Virus record (IMG/VR): IMGVR_UViG_3300022178_000315
Location: 1 to 24,002 of that record
Source: a virus
Taxonomy: Duplodnaviria > Caudoviricetes
Direction: 5' to 3' (one strand)
DNA: 24,002 nt
A model generated the notes under the pieces. The model was not told the origin of the DNA and searched no databases. It was given only the letters and a program-made list of their open reading frames with translations. A program made the translations under genes and the position numbers. Of the stretch, positions 7,457 through 15,900 are shown one piece after another (position 1 is the stretch's first letter; the number at the start of each line of letters is the position of its first letter).

Positions 7457-8665
7457 ATGTCAGAAACAAAAGAAGTAAAATCAGAAGGAGAATTTAAATT
7501 AAAAAAGAAAACTTCAAAAATGAAAGGCCAAGGAAATGTTGTTCCTGAGGTTACTAAGATAGATTTAAGTAAAAAAACAGAAGAAGATGCCATTCAAGTC
7601 GGAGAAACAGAAACAGTGGTTGATGATAAACAAACCAGAGATTTACCAGAAATGGAAAAAGAAGTACGGAGCGACTCCAGTGAAGTTACTAAAATTGATC
7701 TCAAAGAAAAAATAGAATCACCTTTAGAATTAGTAGAAGATGAAAACGATAACCCTGAAGAGGTCACAATGGTTGGAGGCACTGAAGGTCCCGACACCCC
7801 ACAGGAACAAAAAGAAGTATTACCGCAAGCTCAAACACAAGACTACCCAGAAAATGTAGATAAACTTATTGAGTTTATGAAAGAAACTGGCGGAACTATT
7901 GACGACTACGCTAGGCTTAATGCTGATTATAGCGACGTTGACGGAGAAGCATTATTAAAAGAATATTACAAACAAGCTAAACCACATTTAAATTCAGAAG
8001 AAATTGACTTCGTAATTGAAGACTCTTTTAGTTTTGATGAGGATTTAGACGAAGCAAGAGATATTCGAAAGAAGAAACTTGCATATAAAGAAGAAGTTGC
8101 AAAAGCCAAAAGCTATTTGGAATCGCTTAAGGATAAATATTACGCAGAGATCAAGTTGAGACCTGGGGTTAATCCTGAGCAACAAAAAGCTACAGACTTT
8201 TTTAACCGATACAACGAAGAGCAGGCAGCTACCAAAGTTAACCAAGACAGATTTATTAGCCAAACAGACGAGCTTCTTAACAACGATTTCAAAGGTTTTG
8301 ATTTTAAAGTTGGAGAGAAAAAGTTTAGATATGGCATTAAAGATCCAGTTAAGGTTGCAGATAATCAAAAAGACATTTCCACGTTCATCAAGACGTTCTT
8401 GAATGACAAAGGAGAAGTCGTAGATACAAAAGGTTATCATAAAGCTTTGTATGCAGCGCGAAACGCAGATACTATTGCACAACACTTTTATGAGCAAGGA
8501 AAAACAGACGCCATAAAAGGACAGATTGCTAAGGACAAGAATATAACTACAGAACCTAGAAAAACACAAGATGGTAATGTATTTGTAAATGGATTTAAAG
8601 TAAAAGCTATTAGCGGGCAAGACTCTTCAAAACTTAAAATTAAAACAAGAAAATTTAACAATTAA
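7457..8665 (+). CDS. Capsid scaffolding/assembly protein
   Basis: 402 aa with a very acidic low-complexity N-terminal part, helical C-terminal part and basic C-terminus (KLKIKTRKFNN); located between portal and MCP. Confidence 0.7.
   Translation: MSETKEVKSEGEFKLKKKTSKMKGQGNVVPEVTKIDLSKKTEEDAIQVGETETVVDDKQTRDLPEMEKEVRSDSSEVTKIDLKEKIESPLELVEDENDNPEEVTMVGGTEGPDTPQEQKEVLPQAQTQDYPENVDKLIEFMKETGGTIDDYARLNADYSDVDGEALLKEYYKQAKPHLNSEEIDFVIEDSFSFDEDLDEARDIRKKKLAYKEEVAKAKSYLESLKDKYYAEIKLRPGVNPEQQKATDFFNRYNEEQAATKVNQDRFISQTDELLNNDFKGFDFKVGEKKFRYGIKDPVKVADNQKDISTFIKTFLNDKGEVVDTKGYHKALYAARNADTIAQHFYEQGKTDAIKGQIAKDKNITTEPRKTQDGNVFVNGFKVKAISGQDSSKLKIKTRKFNN
7587..7715 (+). CDS. Nested small basic protein (MPFKS-type), +1 frame within the scaffold gene
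   Basis: ATG 7587 to TAG 7713-7715 gives 42 aa: MPFKSEKQKQWLMINKPEIYQKWKKKYGATPVKLLKLISKKK. This resembles a recurrent small phage protein pattern MPFKSxKQRx(W/Y)...PEIA.(K/R)W. Confidence 0.65.
   Translation: MPFKSEKQKQWLMINKPEIYQKWKKKYGATPVKLLKLISKKK
7740..7859 (+). CDS. Second nested small basic protein, +1 frame within the scaffold gene
   Basis: ATG 7740 to TAG 7857-7859 gives 39 aa: MKTITLKRSQWLEALKVPTPHRNKKKYYRKLKHKTTQKM. Confidence 0.55.
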   Translation: MKTITLKRSQWLEALKVPTPHRNKKKYYRKLKHKTTQKM

Positions 8666-8676
8666 AATTAAAAATT

Positions 8677-10098
8677 ATGGCAATAGCACCTAATTTTGGC
8701 TCGATAGTACCATCGCAGTCACAACAATTATTACAATCGAACTACTTACAGTTCAATAACAGCACGTCTGACTTTGCTCAGCAATATCTACCTGAAATCT
8801 ACGAACAAGAAGTAGAGCGTTACGGAAACAGAACTTTATCTGGATTCTTACGTATGGTTGGAGCTGAAATGCCAATGACGTCGGATCAAGTTATTTGGTC
8901 AGAACAAAATAGATTACACGTTGCTTACGACGGATGTACCAATGATGACGCAAACGGTATTGGAATTCCAGTAGCTGCTGGTATTGTAAACGTTATTTCT
9001 CCCGGCCAAACTATCGTTCTTATGGACGCCGCTGGTGTTGAGTTGAAAGCTGTAGTTACATCTTCAAACCCAGGAACTGGCGCTTTAATCGTAGCCCCTT
9101 ATACTGCTGCTAATACAGCTGCACTTGCTGCGACTGGAATTAAGATATTTGTATACGGTTCTGAATTCAACAAAGGATCTCAAACAACTAACTGGGATGG
9201 AGCTGCTGGAGCAATCACGGGAACTACTAATGTTAGTATTGACCCTACGTTTACTCAATTTAGCAACTCACCAATTATTATTCGTAGCAATTACAGTATC
9301 AATGGATCTGACATGGCTCAAATCGGTTGGGTTGAAGTTGCAACTGAAGACGGAACTTCTGGATACTTATGGTATTTAAAAGCAGAATCTGAAACTCGTT
9401 TACGTTTTGAAGACTACTTAGAAATGAGTGTAGTTGAAGGAGAACTTGCTGCTGCAGGATCTGGAGCTTTAGCTGGAGGATTTAAAGGTACGCAAGGTTT
9501 ATTTGCTGCTGTAGAAGCTAGAGGTAACGTTGAAACTGCATTTAGTGGAGCTAACTTAACTGACTTTGATAATATCTTGAAAAATTTAGATACTCAAGGA
9601 GCGATTGAAGAGAACATGCTTTTCTTAGATCGTACAACTTCATTAGAAATTGATGACATGCTAGCTGGTATTTCTGCAGGAGCAAACGGAGGTACTGCTT
9701 ATGGATTATTTGAAAACTCTGAAGAAATGGCATTAAACTTAGGGTTTAGCGGTTTCCGTAGAGGATCTTACGATTTCTATAAAACAGACTGGAAATATCT
9801 AAATGACGCGTCAACTCGTGGAGCAACAACTGGAATTTCTTCTATTGAAGGAGTATTAGTACCAGCTGGAACTTCTACTGTTTACGATCAAATTTTAGGA
9901 ACTAACATCCGTAGACCATTCTTACACGTGCGATACAGAGCTTCTCAAACAGAAGATCGTCGTATGAAGTCTTGGTTAACTGGATCTGCTGGTGGTGCTT
10001 TCACTTCTAGTTTAGATGCAATGGACGTTAACTTCTTATCTGAAAGATGTTTAGTAGTACAAGCTGCTAACAACTTTGTATTGTTCAAAGGAGCATAA
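8677..10098 (+). CDS. Major capsid protein
   Basis: 473 aa after the scaffold, with highly biased codon use and a following terminator. Motifs QQYLPEIYEQEVERYGNR, GTQGLFAAVEARGN and GFSGFRRGSYDFYKTDWKYLND are typical of capsids of Bacteroidota podoviruses (HK97 fold inferred). Confidence 0.88.
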   Translation: MAIAPNFGSIVPSQSQQLLQSNYLQFNNSTSDFAQQYLPEIYEQEVERYGNRTLSGFLRMVGAEMPMTSDQVIWSEQNRLHVAYDGCTNDDANGIGIPVAAGIVNVISPGQTIVLMDAAGVELKAVVTSSNPGTGALIVAPYTAANTAALAATGIKIFVYGSEFNKGSQTTNWDGAAGAITGTTNVSIDPTFTQFSNSPIIIRSNYSINGSDMAQIGWVEVATEDGTSGYLWYLKAESETRLRFEDYLEMSVVEGELAAAGSGALAGGFKGTQGLFAAVEARGNVETAFSGANLTDFDNILKNLDTQGAIEENMLFLDRTTSLEIDDMLAGISAGANGGTAYGLFENSEEMALNLGFSGFRRGSYDFYKTDWKYLNDASTRGATTGISSIEGVLVPAGTSTVYDQILGTNIRRPFLHVRYRASQTEDRRMKSWLTGSAGGAFTSSLDAMDVNFLSERCLVVQAANNFVLFKGA

Positions 10099-10104
10099 AC
10101 AATT

Positions 10105-10152
10105 GGTAGACTTACCCTCGTTGAATCTACGGGGGTAATTCTTACCTTTATT
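10105..10152 (+). terminator. Rho-independent terminator-like hairpin after MCP
   Basis: Stem TTACCCTCGT (10112-10121) / ACGGGGGTAA (10129-10138, one G-U pair) with a 7-nt loop, an outer imperfect GGTAG/CTTACC extension, and a T-rich tail. Confidence 0.75.
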
Positions 10153-10175
10153 AAACTATTAAATTTTATTATATT

Positions 10176-10940
10176 ATGGCTAAAAAAGAAGTAATTCAAG
10201 ATGTATCTTGGGAAGTTAAAGATAGAACATATCTACTAACCGGGAACAATAAACCGTTGACATTAAAAATTCCATCAAGACACAACACGAGACATGCTCT
10301 GTTGTATTACGATGAAAGCAATAATACGCAGCGTGAAATAAGATATGCAACTAATCAAAACTCACCCTTCAAAGAAGAGCAAGGTGGAGAAGCAACATTA
10401 GGGCATATTGTTTTTAAAGAAGGAAGCTTGTTTGTTCCAAAAAAGAACCAAGTTCTTCAAAAAATATTATCGTTATATCACCCACTAAAAGGAGTTATAT
10501 ACTCTGAATTAGACGTAGTGGAAGAAGCTAAAGATGAACTTTTAGATTTAGAATTAGAAATCGAAGCATTAAACCTAGCTCAGAACATTGATGTAGATCA
10601 AGCTGAAGCTATAATGAGAGTTGAGATTGGATCTAAAGTGTCTGACATGAGTTCTAAGGAGCTTAAAAGAGATTTATTGTTATTCGCTAAGCATAACCCT
10701 AAACTCTTTATTACACTAGCTAATGATGATAACGTACAATTAAGAAATTTTGCAATTAGAGCAACTGAAGCTAAGATAATTAAACTAGCTGATGACCAAA
10801 GAACATTTACTTGGGCTTCTAATGGTAGAAAATTAATGACAGTGCCTTTTGACGAAAACCCATACTCAGCTATGGCGTCGTTCTTCAAGACAGACGAAGG
10901 CATTCAAGTCTTTCAGTCTATAGAGAAAAAGTTCTCTTAA
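10176..10940 (+). CDS. Conserved head-associated protein downstream of MCP
   Basis: 254 aa with a clean ATG and leader; occupies the position of the post-MCP gene in crAss-like modules. Function unknown. Confidence 0.6.
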   Translation: MAKKEVIQDVSWEVKDRTYLLTGNNKPLTLKIPSRHNTRHALLYYDESNNTQREIRYATNQNSPFKEEQGGEATLGHIVFKEGSLFVPKKNQVLQKILSLYHPLKGVIYSELDVVEEAKDELLDLELEIEALNLAQNIDVDQAEAIMRVEIGSKVSDMSSKELKRDLLLFAKHNPKLFITLANDDNVQLRNFAIRATEAKIIKLADDQRTFTWASNGRKLMTVPFDENPYSAMASFFKTDEGIQVFQSIEKKFS

Positions 10941-10955
10941 CATGTAATACTATAA
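10938..10955 (+). promoter_or_regulatory. Candidate phage promoter motif, copy 1 (TAACAtGTAATAcTATAA)
   Basis: 16/18 identical to 17409..17426; both copies lie at gene boundaries upstream of tail genes. Confidence 0.4.
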
Positions 10956-10980
10956 GGGAGGCTAACGCCTCCTTTATTTT
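10952..10980 (+). terminator. Hairpin with T-tract: terminator or 5' leader hairpin
   Basis: ATAAGGGAGGC-TAAC-GCCTCCTTTAT forms an 11-bp stem (one G-U pair) followed by TTT. Confidence 0.75.
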
Positions 10981-10994
10981 AATAATAATAACAA

Positions 10995-11744
10995 ATGGCT
11001 ATAAACGTAAATACAGTATATCAAACTGTTTTAATGATACTGAATAAAGAGCAGCGTGGTTATATGACCCCGACTGAGTTCAATACAGTAGCAACACAAG
11101 TACAGTTAGAAATATTTGAAAAATACTTTGATGATCTTAATCAGCAACTACGTGTTCCTCAAGCGGATACAGATTATGCCGATAGACAAGAAAACATCGA
11201 TGAAAAATTAGCTATTTTTAAAACATTCGGCGACGCGATATACACTGCAATTGGTGGCCTTTCGTATTTTGTACTACCCACATCAGACACTTACGGTGAT
11301 GTTGTTTCTTTTTACAGACTAGGTAACGTGCTTTATAACGACGAAAAGGTTGTTCAAAGACTCGATAGACATGAGTTCTATTATGCTAATCAGTCTAGAC
11401 TTACAAAACCAAGCACTATAAATCCAGCTTATCTTTATGAAAACCAAAAGCTTTTTATAAAACCAACAACTATAACAGATAAAATAAAAGTAGACTATAT
11501 AAGAAAACCTAATGATATAGTATGGGGATTTACTCCAGGCTCTGTGGGTCAATACGTGTGGAATAATACGCCTTACTCTTTAAGTAACCCAACGGGATCT
11601 ACTAATTTTGAGATACACGAATCAGAACAAACTGAAGTTATATTAAAAATATTGTTATATTCTGGTATCATAATAAGAGATCCTGAAGTAGTACAAACAG
11701 CTGCTGCTTTAGTACAAGCTGATGAAGCTAATAAAAAAAGTTAA
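10995..11744 (+). CDS. Tail ring / head-tail adaptor protein
   Basis: 249 aa with an N-terminal helical motif (LNKEQRGYMTPTEFN..ATQVQLEIF), a VDYIRKP strand and a C-terminal helix; pattern and position match crAss-like ring proteins. Confidence 0.65.
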   Translation: MAINVNTVYQTVLMILNKEQRGYMTPTEFNTVATQVQLEIFEKYFDDLNQQLRVPQADTDYADRQENIDEKLAIFKTFGDAIYTAIGGLSYFVLPTSDTYGDVVSFYRLGNVLYNDEKVVQRLDRHEFYYANQSRLTKPSTINPAYLYENQKLFIKPTTITDKIKVDYIRKPNDIVWGFTPGSVGQYVWNNTPYSLSNPTGSTNFEIHESEQTEVILKILLYSGIIIRDPEVVQTAAALVQADEANKKS

Positions 11745-11747
11745 ACA

Positions 11748-12974
11748 ATGGCTATACCTAATAACGGTTTAATAACCGAAACTAATGCGCAATATTATTC
11801 TGGTTCTCAAACTTTTGAAGCGCCTATAGTAAACTCTACTATAAAAGCTACTTTTGATACTGATTTAATTTTTGGTAGTTACGATCCAACAACTGCTGGA
11901 TATAATTTAAACAATTTTAAATTATATGTGAGTCAACTAGGAATTCCTGGTAGTTTCATAGAGTACACTTCGTCTTATACAGTTTCAAATAACGTAATAA
12001 CTTTAAACACTCCTCCACAACCTAACGAGTGGTTTGTAATTCAGCTGCTTAGCCAATACGGAGGTGAATACGGAAACAGAGACGCGTATGGCGACGCTGT
12101 AGAGGATAATTATGGAGGCTACGCTTACACTACTTTAGAAGATGTTATAACTAACTTCATGATAGGTTACGTTGGAGCTGGCAAATTGATACCTAGCGCT
12201 AAAACAACAGATGTAATGTTTTTTGCTAAAAGAGGACTTCAAGAGTTTAGCTATGATACGTTAAAAAGCATAAGATCTCAAGAATTAAATATTCCTGCTA
12301 ATCTTAGCATACCGCTTCCTCAAGATTATGTTAACTACGTAAACGTATCTTGGATTGATAGTCAGGGAGTTAAACATGTTATATATCCAACCACTTTAAC
12401 TACTAATCCCTATGAAACACCTAGTCAAGATACTCAAGGCATAGCAATACAAGACAACATAGGTGAGAACATAGACACTACTTCTACAACAGAAAATCGA
12501 TGGGCTACTAATAACTCAGAGCAGGTTAATGCAGCTCAAAGCAACCTTACTGGTATGTTATTGTCGGATGGTCTAGGTTACCCAGGAATGTATGGAGATA
12601 ATTATATTGGCCAAAGATATGGCTTACAACCTGAAACATCTCAAGTTAATGGTTGGTTTACTATAAACGAAAAAAACGGTAAAATGTCTTTTTCTAGTGA
12701 TCTTGCTGATAAACTTATAGTGTTAGAATACATATCAGACGGATTAGGATATGATGCTGATATGAAGATACCTAAATTAGCAGAAGAAGCTTTGTATGCT
12801 CATATAAGTCATGCAATTATAGCATCTAGAATTAATCAGCCTGAGTATGTTGTGCAGAGATTAAAACGAGAAAGAACCGCTAAGCTTAGAAACGCTAAGA
12901 TTAGATTGTCAAATATAAAATTAAATGAGTTTGTTCAGATTGCTAGAGGTAAATCTAAATGGATTAAATACTAA
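11748..12974 (+). CDS. Tail ring / tail tubular (P22 gp4-like) protein with an N-terminal beta insertion
   Basis: 408 aa with LPQDYVNYVNVSW, IVLEYISDG and IPKLAEEALYAHI motifs typical of podovirus adaptor/tubular proteins. Confidence 0.65.
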   Translation: MAIPNNGLITETNAQYYSGSQTFEAPIVNSTIKATFDTDLIFGSYDPTTAGYNLNNFKLYVSQLGIPGSFIEYTSSYTVSNNVITLNTPPQPNEWFVIQLLSQYGGEYGNRDAYGDAVEDNYGGYAYTTLEDVITNFMIGYVGAGKLIPSAKTTDVMFFAKRGLQEFSYDTLKSIRSQELNIPANLSIPLPQDYVNYVNVSWIDSQGVKHVIYPTTLTTNPYETPSQDTQGIAIQDNIGENIDTTSTTENRWATNNSEQVNAAQSNLTGMLLSDGLGYPGMYGDNYIGQRYGLQPETSQVNGWFTINEKNGKMSFSSDLADKLIVLEYISDGLGYDADMKIPKLAEEALYAHISHAIIASRINQPEYVVQRLKRERTAKLRNAKIRLSNIKLNEFVQIARGKSKWIKY

Positions 12975-12979
12975 ATTGA

Positions 12980-15900
12980 ATGGCTGAAGTTAAAAATGCT
13001 TTTATAAAGTCTAAAATGAATAAAGACCTAGATAGTAGATTATTACCATCTGGCGAATATCGAGACGGACAAAATATACAAGTTAGTGAATCAGAAGGCG
13101 AAGACGTAGGTGCTTTAGAGAACGCATTAGGTAACACTTTAGCTGTTGATTTTAATCAACTTGCTGTAACTTTTTTAAACGACCCAAGCATAACTAGTTT
13201 AGATTTAAAATCTATTGGCATGCATACAGATACTGCAACTAGCACTGTATTTGTGTTTTTAACTGATTATAATGATCAAGACTACGCTTCGACCGGCATA
13301 TCAACATATAGTCCTTCAGCTAACAACTTTATATACGCATACAACACCACAACGAAACAAAATCCAACTCTTTTGGTTTACGGTTCGTTCTTAAATTTTT
13401 CTCAATCATCGCCAATACACGGTATTAATCTGTTAGAAACTTTACTTTTTTGGACAGACAATAGAAATCAACCACGTAAAATAAACTGGCAAATAGCTGA
13501 CGGCGTTTATTATAGTACAGAAGATAAAATGTCTGTAGCTAAGTACAACCCATACCAGCCTATACACATGTACTACACTAGTGGGTCTGGTTCTTACACT
13601 TCAATGCAAGATGTTGTTTCTCCTACACTTCCAGATGGAACAGCTAATCCTTTTTTAAATGCACCTCAAGGTAATCAAATATTAGATCAAAATGGCGTAG
13701 CAGCTGCTTGGCCTGGAGATCCTGATTATTTAACACCCAAGTTTGCTAGATTTAGCTATAGATTTAAATTTAATGACGGTGAATATTCTATAATGGCTCC
13801 TTTTACTCAACCAGCTTTTATACCTAAGCAAGATGGTTACTTTTTAGCATCGGACGAGGATGAAGCTTTCAGAAGCTCTATAGTTAGATTTATGCAGAAT
13901 AAAGTTAATAATGTAGCTTTATATATTCCGCTTCCTTTTGCCGCTAATAGCTTATACACTAATCTCGATGTCGCTGAAATAGATATACTTTACAAAGAGT
14001 CAGATGCTTTAAGTGTTAAAATTCTAGAATCTATAAGCTCAAATGTTTTTTCAACAAATCCAGATGACTCTGTTAACACTTCTTCTGTGTATACGTATCA
14101 ATACCAATCTAGAAAACCTTACAAAACTTTACCTGAAGCGGAGATAATTAGAGTGTTTGATAGAGTTCCTGTAAAAGCTTTAGGTCAGGAGGTTATAGGC
14201 AATAGAATTGTTTACAGTAATTTTCAAGACAAACATACGCCACCAGCTTCTATTAATTATAACGTTGCTGCTAATCAAAAATACACATTCAACAATAACA
14301 CTAATAACACTTTAAGGTATACTAGCGAAGTAGAATATCCTATGCATACTTTAAAGCAAAATAGAAGTTATCAAGTTGGGTTCGTGTTATCAGATAGATA
14401 TGGTAGACAATCTACTGTGGTTTTATCTCCAGTAGGTAACAAAAAGAACGAGGTGTTTGTTGAGGGTGGTATAACCTACTCGGGTTCAACCTTTTACAAC
14501 CCTTACAAAGCTGATCCAGGTACAGGAAATAACAATATAGATTCTTGGTCTGGCGATTCTTTGAAAATAATAATAGATGGTCGAATACCAGCCAACATAG
14601 AAGGTGCTGGATATCCTGGCCTTTATAATGGCGACGCAAATAGCGCTGACTATAATCCTTTAGGTTGGTACTCTTACAAAGTTGTTGTTAAGCAGACAGA
14701 GCAAGATTACTACAATGTTTACTTGCCTGGAATATTAGATGGTTATCCTGATTTTGGATCTCAACAAACTCCTCCAGACGCAGAAAACACTATTGCGCAC
14801 ATAACGCTTATAGGAGATAATATAAACAAAGTACCTAGAGATTTAACAGAAGTTGGTCCAGAGCAAAAGCAATACAGAAGTGATGTTAAGCTTTTTGGTA
14901 GAGTTTCTCCTGAAAGAGCAACCGCACCCGTATTTAATGTTCCGTATTATCCTCAAACAAACTATCAAGAGCCTGTAGCTATCGCAGAACAAGATTATAT
15001 ATTTGCTGACGCTACTACCGACGCACCTTATGGAACTGTATATCAATCTGATTCAGATCCTTATATAGCTAGATTAACTCAAGGTAATGTGTCAACAGTT
15101 GCTGGATCTAGTTTACCTCTACCTATAGGATCTTTACAGACAACTGGTAATCCAGGAGCTACATATCCTATACTTTTAGGTGTATTTGAAACAGCTCCCG
15201 TAGAGTCTTCAATTGATATATTTTACGAAACATCTACTAGTGGGCTAATATCTGAATATAATGACGCGTCAGACACTGTAGATGCTAGCGGTTATAATGA
15301 CTTTGTTTGGGTTCAAAGTGAAGACACCGTACCCAGCTTAACGCAACCGGTAAGTGGTCCTGATGGATTCTACCCTGTAAAACCAGGTTTAATCCCTGTT
15401 GCAATAATAGATAGCACCTTAGAACTTTCTTCGGTTTCTGTTGCTGGCTTTACCGCTCCTGGTCCAGATGGAAATCCATGGAAAGACAACTGGAGTTTAA
15501 CCGCTAGAGCCGAAGGAGGAACAGGAACTACGCCTATAAGATGGGATTTGAAATGCTTAAACACTTTATACCATCAGCTAGATGATACAAACAACTGGAT
15601 TACTTTTAATATTTCAGTAACAGATAACTCTGCAGGAGGTTCAACTAACGTAATAGTACCTATAGTACGAAAGCTAATAAACGTTAAGCCTTCGTTTACT
15701 TCACCAGGTTCAATTAGTTTTTCAGGTGATAGAAACTTAAATAATCCTATATACACAGCTACAGCTACAAACGGTGTTGCTGTGCCAAATATAACAAATA
15801 CACCTCAAAGCAAAGATTTGAGTTACGAAATAGTTTCTCAAACTCCTGATTTAGGTCCAGGTTTAAATATAACATTAGAACCTAATGAAAACGCAGGTAC

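Noticed and set aside
8045-8620. 191-aa minus-strand ORF antisense to the scaffold
   Set aside because: F/L/I/C/S-rich mirror of an A-rich sense gene; no recognisable motif, and the module is otherwise unidirectional.
9125-9379. 84-aa +1 frame ORF inside the major capsid gene
   Set aside because: TTG start and Leu-rich sequence expected from shifted GCT/ACT codons of a highly biased gene; no motif or compositional anomaly.
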